DNA of 64,000 bases from Macrostomum lignano (lineage: Eukaryota): assembly GCA_002269645.1 (NCBI GenBank), contig NIVC01001331.1:248001-312000 (forward strand). Reading direction: 5' to 3'. Below the pieces are notes generated by a model. That model had not been told where the DNA came from, did no database searches, and saw nothing but the letters and a program-made list of their open reading frames with translations. Positions 1 through 12,869 of this stretch are shown in pieces. Each line of letters starts with the position of its first letter. Position 1 is the stretch's first letter. The position numbers were made by a program, and so were the translations under genes.

Positions 1-199
1 ACTTTAGCTTTATGTTATATAAGACTACAAATTCTTAAAAAATACTATTGACACTATTGTTTAGACATATATACTTTAACAGCAAATAACACTAGCTAAG
101 ATTGTCTACCATGTATAACTATTTTATAAAATGCACTGGTTGTGCTAAAAATGAACCAAAGCAAAGCATGTAGAAATGGCTGGATGACTATCAGCTCCT

Positions 200-418
200 A
201 TGACAATCATTCTGGTAGGCGATTTGCGTCCGCCTGCAGAGCTGTGCCAACTGGACCTCACAATGAGGGACCTGGCAGCCGTGACAACAGATATGCTGGC
301 TTGTATTCGTTGGTTGGCCACCTACAGGCTGCTTGCCAATGAACAGCAGTGTGGATGCCAGCCGGTGCTCAAATGTGTTTGCAATGCCGATTATCTTTCT
401 TGTGACTTCAAACTTTAA
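200..418 (+). mobile_element. Possible Merlin/IS1595-type transposase N-terminal remnant
   Basis: Short ORF with DMLACIRWLATYRLLANEQQCGC, which resembles from memory the CIxWL..xLL.N..xC..C zinc-ribbon start of Merlin/ISXO2-like transposases. No DDE domain or TIRs seen. Confidence 0.3.
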
Positions 419-991
419 TTTGAACTTTTTTGGTGGTGGGTAATCTTTTTTGAACTTAAAATAATATAACGAGCCATTTCTACGTGCGCTGGAACAAATT
501 TGAAACAAGAAATAATATAACAAACAAAACCATAGTTATGCCAGATTTATGTATATGCATAAATATGTGGAAGGTAGTTTAATTGTAAGGAAATATTATA
601 TGCACTATGCACATACAGCACATTTACTATTAAGAATTTATAGGAGCCTATCATTACAAAAAAAGAATTAAAACTAGTTCTAATCTAATATAATATTCTA
701 GCAAAACAATATTATAACTTACTAATTCTCGGAAATATTTGTTTCTACTGAAATTAATTAAATAGTAAACCTTCCTGGGTTATCTTTACATTTAATTTAA
801 ATGTTAATTAATTTCATATTTCATTGGTGGATAAAAGCTAGAGTTTCAACTGCGCAACTTGTATTTCTTAAGATTAAAAATATTTTATGAGTAAAATGAT
901 GGTTGTCTGGTTTATGCAAAAAATAATGCCTAGAGACATTATATTAAACAGGACCTTTAGCCTAACCCAGTTTGCTTGTTATGTTTCATAG

Positions 992-1290
992 AATGCCATA
1001 TTTTCGTTTTTCCGAGAAAGCAATGTCAAAAATATTATACGAAATATTATTGAATTTTATCAAAGCAAAGCTCCTTTTTTTAAATCTGAAGCTAAACACG
1101 AATGCCGAACGTAAAAATTCAGTAAAATTCAGTAATTTAATTTTTAATGTTGAAAAACAGAAATATCTTTTATAAACGGTAATGTGAAAACTCACTTATA
1201 CAAATTTAAAACATCGTGCTTTCAAGTTTCACCTACTCGGATATGGAGTTCCATTTCGGCAGGAATTTGTAATCGTAAAACAGTCAACAT
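992..1290 (+). CDS. Gene 1, tentative upstream exons (992-1110 and 1161-1290)
   Basis: AG/GT-bounded open segments whose phases (2-1, 1-2) chain into the exon at 1337 through 50-nt and 46-nt introns. The protein is not recognised. Confidence 0.4.
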
Positions 1291-1336
1291 GTATTATGAA
1301 CCTCATATTCTTTATCATCAGCCTCTCCTTGTTTAG

Positions 1337-1541
1337 TGATACACAAAGTAATAGTGCATTCAATACTTTAAATACACTTGACAACCCAATCCTCGATCAA
1401 CTTAACGATGTGGCAAGTATTTTTACTGAAAAGGGCTACCGAAGTTTGTGCTTTGTGCACCCACGACTATATCAACACGGCAATGGTTCGTTTTCATCGT
1501 CTTTTAGGCCTAGATTTATCAAGGTCTTAATTTTCGGCACG
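1337..1541 (+). CDS. Gene 1 exon (extracellular region, DTQSNSAF...VLIFGT)
   Basis: Acceptor ccttgtttag, donor ACG|gtaagt, open frame, phase 0 end matching the next exon. Confidence 0.75.
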
Positions 1542-1794
1542 GTAAGTCGCTATATTCAACTTGAATAGTTCCTTCACTCATTTAGATGACTTGAATCGTT
1601 TCGATTCACAGTAAAGTTTATCTTATTACAATCCTCGCTTTAAATCAAAGTAAAGTTTCTGTTAAACTTAATTTGGACATTTTCTGCTCTTATCTCTAAA
1701 ATTGTAAAGTTTTTTTACTTATAACTTAATACTGAATTATCAAACTATACGTAAAACATAATTATACCAAACTATAGAAAACCACCATTTTCAG

Positions 1795-1929
1795 AAACAA
1801 GTCAATGTAATCTATGCATCAAACAAGACCCAATTGGAGGTTGATTTCAAATTTCAATTCGGAGTCACATCATCGAAAGACTCCTTCATCTCTTACAAGA
1901 AGTTGAGCGACACTTTATTTATTTTTGCT
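1795..1929 (+). CDS. Gene 1 exon (KQVNVIYASNKTQLEVDFKFQF...; weakly SEA-like)
   Basis: Acceptor ttttcag, donor GCT|gtaagt, 45 codons, phase 0-0. The SEA resemblance is by eye only. Confidence 0.8.
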
Positions 1930-2034
1930 GTAAGTCGATATTTCTGTGTTGAAACTTCTACTCTTCTTAAAAACGAGAATACATGCATGAATGAGTCTGT
2001 GATCAGAGAGAAACAGCCTGTTTCTTAATTTCAG

Positions 2035-2155
2035 AGGCAATCGGTTAAGGAACAGGCCCCCCAAGATTCATCATTTTATCTTACACCGGTGCTTGTTGGA
2101 ATTATTCTTGGTTTGGTATTCGTCATTCTAACGCTTGCCGCTTGTTACATAAAAA
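2035..2155 (+). CDS. Gene 1 transmembrane exon (PVLVGIILGLVFVILTLAACY)
   Basis: Acceptor aatttcag, donor A|gttagt. Encodes a ~21-residue hydrophobic helix followed by basic residues (K-N-K-R) across the junction. Confidence 0.85.
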
Positions 2156-2389
2156 GTTAGTGATACCCTCATTGTATAATTATACTTCACACGTACGCTT
2201 GTTAGATAAGCTTAATTTTTAGTGCATAAAGCGCTAATTAATTCTCATTTTAGCTTAGTTCCACTTGAATGCCCTGACCACCACCTGATTTTTAAATGCT
2301 CCAATGTGCTCATTAGACTCCTAGACCCATAGACTCAAGTAGCAGTTTAGACCATAGAAGACTAACTGTAATATAACTTGTTCATTTAG

Positions 2390-2643
2390 ACAAACGTCCT
2401 ATCGTTGGCGGCGCCCAACACGCTCATCGTAAATTTCGACTTGACAACTCGTTGCCTGGCAACGGAAATGGAAACGTTAGCGAAGTCTGTTCCGGCGACG
2501 TCTTACCGCCGGGGTCTCGGCTGGACGAGGGCCCCGACTCTGATGAGGAGGGTGCAGATGAGGTAAAGGATTGTATGAAGTTTTGTTCAAAAGCAATAAC
2601 TACGAGTTTTTGTAAGTCAAGGTACCCTACTGCGATGGGGTAG
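2390..2643 (+). CDS. Gene 1 probable terminal exon, cytoplasmic tail with acidic patch (DEGPDSDEEGADE)
   Basis: Acceptor ttcatttag, phase 1 matches the previous exon, stop TAG at 2641-2643, AATAAA downstream. An alternative donor exists at 2563. Confidence 0.7.
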
Positions 2644-3014
2644 CAGCTCTTAGCTGCTGTACAAATACAGGAGTTGTACACTGAGTTGCGACTCACACAG
2701 TGACAAGCTGTTGCGACAAGCTGTCAAGGACCACTTAACTCTTAGCAAAACAGGTCGCGAACCTAAAAAACCATGTAATTTTTGGAGGCCAATTTGCTGG
2801 AAGAAATACACTGCGGAGATAGGAAATAATCTCTTCACCATATAACCATGTTTGCATGTGATTTAGGGCTATGAAGACTACCATCTTAATTTAGCATGCA
2901 CGGCATCTTTTAATATACTATTTTTCATAATTCATAAGCCCAAAGTTGTAAATACTAACAAGTGGCATTAGCTAAACTCTTTGTTTTGTTCCTTCTTGAA
3001 TCAAGTATATTTTT

Positions 3015-3020
3015 AATAAA
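3015..3020 (+). terminator. Polyadenylation signal AATAAA of gene 1
   Basis: Canonical hexamer ~370 nt after the stop, in T-rich sequence. Confidence 0.5.
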
Positions 3021-3329
3021 AATGTTGCATGCAGTTACTATTAAACCATTATAATCTTCACTGCCCCAGATCATGCAATCATTGATTATGTGATGGAAAA
3101 AAACGATTTTTCCTATCTCGGCAGTGTATTTTTTCCAGGAAATAGGCCTCCAAAAATGACACGACTGAGTTTTACGTCCTGTTGTACTTTAGGAGTGCTT
3201 GCAAGCTGTACACAGCACTCAGATTTAACTGAGGCAGATATTTAAATTCATGAAATGATTTTATAAAGTGCATTCAATTAGCCGATACTTGGGGCAAATC
3301 AAATTTCAGAAAGCATTTCTAACTGGCTG

Positions 3330-3447
3330 CTCAGCTCTGTTCTCTATCGAGGCCTCGACGGCGGCGGCGGCAGCGGCAGCGACAGCCGCCGCGCTGCCAG
3401 ATGAATTCCGAGTCAACGACAGCAGCGAGCAGCGGCAGTTGCCAAAG
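3330..3447 (+). other. Candidate GC-rich 5' (UTR) exon ending at a strong donor AAG|gtgagc
   Basis: Abrupt GC-rich GCG/GCA-repeat segment with a consensus donor at 3448. No ATG inside it. Confidence 0.35.
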
Positions 3448-3965
3448 GTGAGCCTCGGAGCATTCGATCAAGAGTAGCGATAGGGGGGAATAAAGACTCC
3501 TGAGCACTGCGGAAGGGTCCCTCTTCGAACTTTTGCATTCGCTTTTCTGCGCGCCTTTGATCTTTGCGCGGGCATTTGCAGTCTTTTCGGCCACTGGTTC
3601 GGAGGAAGGGATGCTTGCGGGGGAATAAAGAGGATTTGGGAAAGAAGGGAGGGGAACACAGAGGGACACTTTATTTCGCTAGGAGGGAGCCCGGGATCAA
3701 AGAGGCACAGCACGATTCAGCCCGGCAGGACATTGGGGATAAGTTCATCAATTATTTGGCAAAACTATTCTCGTAAGTTCTTGCATGCTTACGAAAGTGC
3801 TTTTTTCGTAAGTCCTTTGTTCGTCAAGCAGGGGGATTTTCGTTTTCCCACTATCATTTTGCTCGAATTCGCCCAACGGAAGTAAAAAAATGCTTTAAGC
3901 TTTTTCTAAGAGTAGGTTATATATGCGAATATACATTTTCAAGAGACGCCAATTTCCAACGTTCG

Positions 3966-4207
3966 GCGACATCATAAACCCGAAATATCAGAAACCCGAA
4001 AAATTCCAACTCCGAAATTAATAGTAACGCCCATCATAAACCCGAAATATCATAAACCCGAAAAATCACAACTCCGAAAACCAAAAATGGCAAAATAGCA
4101 CTGCCCATCATAAACCCGAAATATCATAACTCTGAAATGGGCAATGCTATTTTTGTTTTCGGAGATATGATATTTCGGGTTTGTGATTTTTCGGGTTTGT
4201 GATGCCC
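3966..4207. mobile_element. Foldback/MITE-like element built from CATCATAAACCCGAAATAT subrepeats
   Basis: Direct subrepeats on the left reappear inverted (ATATTTCGGGTTTGTGATG) on the right. Internal inverted pair AAAATAGCACTGCCCA / TGGGCAATGCTATTTT. Confidence 0.6.
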
Positions 4208-4257
4208 CGCCCCCCCCCCTGAGCACAATGCATGCGCGCCAATACTGTACACGCAGA

Positions 4258-4318
4258 CACGCAGGGTGTACAGCAGCCCTGACTTTCTAATCGTCAGACA
4301 TGTACACTCTCTGTGCCC
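4258..4318 (+). repeat. Short dispersed repeat family X, copy 1
   Basis: CACGCAGGGTGTACAGCAGCCCTGACTTTCTAATCGTCAGACATGTACACTCTCTGTGCCC. A near-identical inverted copy lies at 54061-54122 and a diverged copy at ~28954-28998. Confidence 0.8.
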
Positions 4319-7300
4319 TGGGGGTTGGCCCTCATGGCTGGGGATCGCACGACAACCCCCCCCCCTCTCCTAGGCTAATTCTCGTGCTCACAACCCCAAA
4401 TGAATTTGGAATCGAACCATGGGTTGTGGCGCGAGTCAGACGCGTTTGACTATAGAAATTCGCGCCGACAAAAAATATGCTCTTTGAAACTCAACAATCA
4501 ATATAGTTGAATGCAGAATAGAGTAAAGCAAGGCGCGATCGAAGTCTCTCAATGCCAATTTGATACAATTTAAAACAGTGGTGCTACTCCTCGCTCATTC
4601 AGGCTTTTTGCTTACCAGCATAGTTAGAGTAATAAAACTCCTCAGCATGCTTAAGCTGCTACTTGAATCTGAATAGGAGAATCATACTATTGTTATATTT
4701 CACTGCACGTCTTAAAGGCTTATTTATATTGGCTATCGCTATTATAATCGATGTTTCTAAAACTGTATTTTTTCTACCTGCACTCCAATCCAGATTCTAC
4801 TATAATAGTGATCCACGGCAGTCCAACTCTCGGTCTCTCGGGCGCGTCACTCAATGTTCAGTCCTTGAATGTGAAATTCTTCATTAGCATCCAATTCATA
4901 TGGCTCCGGCAAAGCCAGCGACGCCAACAATAGGGTCGGGGGGGGCGATGTTGAGCTAACAGATTTCAGTTCTCACCACATCTCCCAGCTTCCTATAAGG
5001 TCTTCTTCTAGTGGAGGATTCTCCACACTGCATGGCTACTTCTTCTCTTTGCCCAGAGGCGCGCCCCAATGCGCCTGTTGGAGTGTGATTACGTCACACA
5101 GCGGAGCGCGTGGAAATGCCCTGGCAGGCTGGAATGAATTGGGGAACCTGCATTGCTCCCCTCCCCCAGTTATAGCTTCATCAACCACAGTATCTATGGC
5201 ATCGGGTTCCAGGATCCCAAATCCCAGACCCTATCTGGTAGCACTACTCTTGATTGGCTACTAAGGACACCCTAGGGAGGGTGAAGACAAAGACTTCCAA
5301 CCTGTATCTCCACCTCTCATCTATCTGCCCGGCAGGCAGACAGGCGGCAGACTCCCAGAGGACTCCAATAAAAAGCAGCATTAGCTAGAAAAATAGCTGT
5401 AAATATAGATAGATAACTGATTATCGCTAAAGACATTCGAATATCGAGTACCATTCAACAGTATAAAGTGTTTTTTTTATCTTATAAAGGGATTCAATAA
5501 AGATAATTCAATAATTGCCTAGTTTGTCATATATATTTATTTTAGAGCTGAGTCGAATATTTTATCATTTTGCGCTACCCTTTCTAGGAAACCACCTAAA
5601 CTAAGACATGAATTTCGTAGAAAAAAATGCAGATTTCTTAGAATTTGACTTTCTCGTAATAACAAAACCACGCCAAAATCTTGCCCGTATATTCCAAGTG
5701 TCGTCTTTTCTAAGAAACAATCAAATCTAAATACAATAGTATTTTAACAAACGGCTATTTCTTAGAAATCTAATAAACGAAACTATTTGAGCTTGAAAGA
5801 AGCGCAATTTCTTAGAAATCGATATCGATAACCTTGCCCGATTTATACTTAGAAGTGGCCCAATAAATGAGAAAAAAGTTTGTGCACAAGCAGAACAAAA
5901 TCGGAAAATTTCAGGATATTTCGCCGCCTAACCGCGCCGATCGCAATTTCCGGCCCTATCTTTTTCTTCCATCGCTTTTTTATCTTTCTCCCGAGTAGCG
6001 GCGCTGGGCGGCAAGAAAAAAAAATGGCCAGTCCCATGGCAACAGGAAATTGAAGAGAAAGAAAAACTATAGGCAGAAGAATCCGGTAATGAGATGTTGT
6101 GATCAGAATCTAACGCTGGTCTATTTTTATTCTACTTTTCTTTGATTAAAAGCGAAGCAGGTTTGTCCAGAAATCTCCTGTACAACCCCAGCCGAGCCGA
6201 GTGGCCAAAAATACAAATTAATTGTGAAAGTTCCCAGAGCTAAAGACAGCTAGAAAGTGAAGTCAAATAGTCGGCCTCTATTAGTAATTCAATTCTAGTC
6301 GAGGATAGCCCAGCTAAGATGGCTTGAGTGGGACAATTGAAGTAAAATAAGTCTCCAAACGCCACAACAAGATGAAGTGGACTTTCGGACCCGTATTGAT
6401 GGGTCTACGCCTGGCCTCTGGTCTCAGCAGACGCTCACTTCCCTCTCTTCTTGGGAAATTCTTCCCTTATTATTAATCAAGTCCTGCAGGCCTCCCCACA
6501 CCCCGATCTCTCATCCCTTGAAGTTCTCGCCGAGTCCTGGGTTCCTTTTTTCCTTCTGTATTTTCTCCCTATTATATAGCCAGAAACTCTGCAGCGTGTC
6601 GGAGCAGGAAGTGTGTGTGTGCGCGCGCGCGTGTGTGTGTTTGTGTTTGACCTCCTCTTTTTCCATCAGTTATTTTTCTACCAACCGTCTCTCTCCTTTC
6701 TCAGAAAGAGGAAGCCCTCCGCTAGTAGCTGGAGAGGTTTGGTGGATTAAGAGCGTCAAGAGGAGGCGCCGGATAGCGGAGATTGAGCGATGCGCGACTG
6801 AGGATCTGGCCCCATTCTGGGAGCTTAAACCTGCCGGCAAGGGATATTGTAACGGCAGTGCAAACACACAACTGTCGGCAGGAAGAAAGCAAAAACGCAT
6901 ATTTTTTTCCTCCAAAAATCAAAATCATATTCCGACAGCTTTGGCGGCTTAGAGCGTGACAAGCCGCTGGGTGCTGCTGGCTTCTCCCTCTCTACCCCCC
7001 CCCCCCCTGTCTGCCCGTGTCTGCTTGTAGAAGAATGTTAACCCCCGGATTCCCGTTCCCCAGCAGTAGCAGCATAGCTTCTGACATTGCCCGTCACACA
7101 CACACAGAGGGAACCTTTTCTGTTCGCAGAAATGTCCTTGTCAATTCAATATGGTGCAGACTAAATTTCTGGCAGCAGAGCTGAGCAACAGGTTCTGTGT
7201 GGGATAATATATAGCGGCCAAGCACATTCCAAGAGAGGCTGCAAGCGGGCAACCCGATAAGAAGCGCGAGCTTCTGCCGCCCGCAGAACGGAGCTTCATT

Positions 7301-7579
7301 GAGTCAAGTTTGCAGTGCCAACTCCAGCAGCACTTCTCCCTCACGATTGCTAAGCCTGGGATTAGAACAAAGAGGAGCAGACAGACAGACAGACAGACAG
7401 AGAGAAAGCTGAGCATGCAGAAGATGCTATGGTATGCGGAGCAGATTCTCCAGCCTCTTCACACGGCTGGCTGCATCAACTCAGGCCCAGTAGGGGCGGG
7501 GAAGTGAGTAGATTCTTTCGCCAGGTATAAATCCTTTCATTCAGAAGCAGCAGCCGCCCACTCGCATCTCTCCCACCCA

Positions 7580-7700
<121 letters not shown>

Positions 7701-8199
7701 TTTCACATCATTACGCGCGTGCTTGGAAGTGTTTGCAAAGTGGGCAGGAGGGGGTGAGGGTGGCTCTGCCTGACGCAATACTGCAGATACTTAGAGAGGG
7801 AAACACTTGAAATGTTTGAGTCCCACAAATAAGAAGTGGGTGGGGGGGCTTTGCAGGTATTAATCCTTGTTTTCCCAGTCTACGCTGTTTATTAGTGCAT
7901 TCAATAAGAGTTGAATTGTTGGCCGGGGCAACTTCACGCGAAAATGAGTGCGAATTTCGTAGAGAGAGAAAAACACAAAGCGGAGTTCTGCCTGCCGCCC
8001 CCGGCCTGCTCTCGGGCGGCGTCTCCGCGCCTCAGCTGCGCAAAGCTTTGAAACACAGGGAGTGGGGGGGGGGTTAATTTTATGGGAACACACAGCAAAG
8101 CTGCGCGACATTCGCTTTTTAGCTTCTGAGGATTCGCGGCCGCATCTTGCTTCGACTGATGGCGCTGCGAAATTACTGTAATTGCTGCTGCTGAGTGGG

Positions 8200-9160
<961 letters not shown>

Positions 9161-10129
9161 CTATCCATCTTTCTATCTTTTTATCTAGAATTTATTAGTT
9201 TACTGATTTATCGGCTAGTCTATCTGTCTGTTAGTCTGCCTCTCACTCTGCTGTCTGCCAGAACTTCTTGCTTTCCCAGCATTCCCTGTATTTATGCGCG
9301 CTGTCAATGTTTCTATTATCTCTTCCTGGCCTTCGCAATTAATGATGCTGACAAGCCAGACCGAGCCATCAAAGCGAGCAAAATTAATGGCAAGCGGCGC
9401 ATCTATCAGGCTCTTCATCATCAACTTTCGCCCTGACTGGCCCACCTTTTGCTCCGCTGTCCGCCTTTGTAACCGGGGCGGTACCAGACTGCCGAGATCC
9501 CCCTCTTGAACATCCGCATTGGGAAGAAACGGCTGGACAGGATGTCGGGGATTTATTAGTGGCAACCCGAGGGAGCCATTAGCCCTCTCCCAGGACCGCG
9601 TCGTGTTCTTTTAAGACTCCAGACCAGTGGTAACCAAGCGGAGACGCTAATTAATAATTAGATTAGATTAGATAAGAAATGCCCCAAGAGTTCCTGCTGC
9701 CGAACTGTAAGCTAGATTATGTTTATAGATTTCTGATCATTAGTTGACATGCGTTGCATTCTAGTTGAGTAATTGGCTGCTGAAAGTGAAAGGGTGGCAT
9801 GTTGTGCTGTTATACAGTCTCCTGGGCCTCATCGCCTGCTCTATTCACTGAGTTTGGCCTCACCCGCTGCCACACTGTGCGCCTTTTTGTTCTGCTACGT
9901 CTTTCATTCCGTCTGTGTTCGTGTCTCCCTCTATGCGACACCCTGCTGATTAGTTTTGACGTTTGTTAGAGCAGCAAGAGGGGAAGAGAGAATGTCGGAG
10001 TGTCGAAGGAGAGAGAGAGAGAGAGAGAAGAGCTGGGAAGTTTAGGCACCGCAATTCACGGCATTCCAAAACAAACAAACTCTGCGGATGGCATCGGTGT
10101 TGAACCTCTTGCTACTACAAACGTAGAGT

Positions 10130-10815
10130 TTCTAAAGAGTAGCTGTTGAGTAGCCATAGAATGGCCGTTGAGTAGTCTTAGAGTAGCCGTTGAGTAGTCA
10201 TAGAGTAACTGTTGAGTAGTCTTAGAGTAGCCGTTGAGTAGCCATGGAGTAGCCGTAAAGTATACATATCTCTTAGATTAGCCATGGAATTATCTTAAAG
10301 TGGTCATAGGATAGCCAGATTGTATTCATAGGGTAGCCAGAAAATAATCATAGATCAGCCATAGATCAGCCATAGATCAGCCATAGATCAGCTATAGATC
10401 AGCCATAGATCAGCCATAGATCAGCCATAGATCAGCTATAGATCAGCCCTAGATCAGCCATAGATCAGCCATAGATCAGCCATAGATCAGCCATAGATCA
10501 GCCCTAGATCAGCCATAGATCAGCCATAGATAAGCCTTAGATCAGCCATATATCAGCCATAGATAAGCCTTAGATCAGCCATACATCAGCCGTAGATCAG
10601 CCATAGATCAGCCATAGATCAGCCATAGATCAGCCATAGATCAGCCATAGATCAGCTATAGATCAGCCATAGATCAGCCATAGATCAGCCATAGATCAGC
10701 TATAGATCAGCCATAGATCAGCCATAGATCAGCCATAGATCAGCCATAGATCAGCCATAGATCAGCCATAGATCAGCCATAGATCAGCCATAGATAAGCC
10801 TTAGATCAGCCATAG
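10130..10815. repeat. Degenerate ~20-bp GAGTAG repeat followed by an 11-bp ATAGATCAGCC array (10355-10815)
   Basis: Read directly from the sequence. Confidence 0.9.
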
Positions 10816-11511
10816 ATAATCGCAGATTAAAGTTCAGTTTGTCAGCTAGGTCCGGTGGTATAAGGCAAACTGGTAGCGCAGTACAGAGCAGAATCGAATA
10901 CAAGCGTATCTAGGGCAAATCCCAGACTTCTATTGATTCAGCGGGGATCTCTCCGGTACCTCGGCCTCATCTCCGCCCATAGGTGGCAGAGGTGCGCACT
11001 TTAGGCTGTCCAACTCTTCACGCTCCAACGAATCTCTCAATCCGACAGATCGATGCAGCTGTTGGGAAATGGGAGGGCACTTCTACCATGGACTATTCCT
11101 ATTTTAGCAAGTAGAAGTGAAGTGCAGTTTTGAATACTTTAAACTTGTTTGTAAATTCGAGCAAACAGATGGGGTTTGGAGCATAGACGTAGTGCAACCA
11201 ATGTGTATACTGTATGATAAATGAAAATAGTGTGCAGTGAATACCACTCTATGGGCCAATAGTCAAGGCAACGCGACATCAATTTGGCGATAATTAAAGC
11301 TCAAGAAATGACATTGCGTACTTAGAGTGGTCAAGAAATTTGCGCACTCAAAAACAGATGCCAATCCAATGCAATCACACATTTTTGAGTGCTGTGCCCT
11401 TTCTACTTCAGTTGTCAGTCAATGAGCCTCATGTGGCATCCGATTCTTTTTCAGGTTGACGGCATCAGAAGGTCGACTGGCGGCGCTTCGTGTATCAACA
11501 GTCGGGTTGCC

Positions 11512-11638
11512 ATGACAACGTTGACAACTTTAACACTATGCTCGCTGGTTACTCTGTGCGCATCAATGACGGCCTGCCGTCTGCTTGGCATCAGAGAGGA
11601 GCTCACGCTGATTGTGCCCGGTCAGATGACGGGACTCG
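11512..11638 (+). CDS. Gene 2 exon 1 (exon starts 11455): signal peptide MTTLTTLTLCSLVTLCASMTAC...
   Basis: Strong acceptor ttctttttcag at 11454, GCCATG start, hydrophobic N-terminus, donor G|gtgagt, phase 1. Confidence 0.8.
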
Positions 11639-11692
11639 GTGAGTTCTGACTGCTCACTGGCCAGCCTGATGGATTAGCGCTCCTTAGTAGCT

Positions 11693-12350
11693 ATGGCTCT
11701 AAGCCATAGACACTGCAACACTAGCCTAGCACACTCCCTTCTAAGCCATAGACACTGCAACACTAGCCTAGCACACTCCAGTCTAAGCCATAGACACTGC
11801 AACACTAGCCTAGCACACTCCAGTCTAAGCCATAGACACTGCAACGCTAGCCTATCACACTCCAGTCTAAGCCATAGACACTGCAACACTAGCCTATCAC
11901 ACTCCAGTCTAAGCCATAGACACTGCAACACTAGCCTAGCACACTCCAGTCTAAGCCATAGACACTGCAACACTAGCCTAGCACACTCCCTTCTAAGCCA
12001 TAGACACTGCAACACTAGCCTAGCACACTCCAGTCTAAGCCATAGACACTGCAACACTAGCCTAGCACACTCCAGTCTAAGCCATAGACACTGCAACACT
12101 AGCCTATCACACTCCAGTCTAAGCCATAGACACTGCAACACTAGCCTAGCACACTCCAGTCTAAGCCATAGACACTGCAACACTAGCCTATCACACTCCA
12201 GTCTAAGCCATAGACACTGCAACGCTAGCCTAGCACACTCCCGTCTGAGCCATAGACACTGCAGCACTAGCCTAGCACAAACCCTAACCCTAACGCTAAC
12301 CCTAACCCTAACCCTAACCCACTCCAGTCTGAGCCATAGACACTGCAGAA
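11693..12350. repeat. 42-bp minisatellite (AGCCATAGACACTGCAACACTAGCCTAGCACACTCCAGTCTA), ~15 copies
   Basis: Read directly. Contains a telomeric insertion. Confidence 0.95.
12279..12320 (-). repeat. Interstitial telomeric repeat (TTAGGG)7 with two variant units
   Basis: AAACCC TAACCC TAACGC TAACCC TAACCC TAACCC TAACCC inserted inside one 42-bp unit. Confidence 0.85.
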
Positions 12351-12869
12351 TTTTTAAGCACCGAAGTGAAGCCAGTTGAAGATTTTTGTAAACACAAAAA
12401 TTGCAAAGAGGCATTAAAAGCCAACTTCTGTAAAACTAGCGGGCATGCGGCTTGGGCTAGAAAGTAGATTTCTCCCAAGCCCAAACCCACGCATTCGCAT
12501 GCAGCAAAAACACAGGATAAGCTAATGGCATTTTCTACTCCATTTAATTTGCATTTACGCACACATTCTAAACAGTATAGCTAGTCGTTGGATTGCCAGC
12601 TAAATTTTTACCCGTTGCCTAGTCTGCATTATGTTCAACTTGCTGACTCTGTTTACCTCCGGTGGCAAAGCTTCGACTTCGTTCCTGTTTCACTTTATCA
12701 AATTTATCGCTAAAATTGCAAATCCATTTAATCGTAAATTACATAAATTCTGTAGGGCCTGAAGACTTGTGTTGACTGTCTGTCTATGCCGGGTACCTTC
12801 CTATCTGCCTCTTCCCAATAACCTATCAATGTATTTATGACCCCTTTTCTCTTACTGAAATGCTCCGAG

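Noticed and set aside
6377-6952. 191-aa non-repeat ORF
   Set aside because: GTG start, runs through a (GT/GC)n microsatellite, no recognisable motif or splice support. It looks like GC-rich upstream regulatory DNA.
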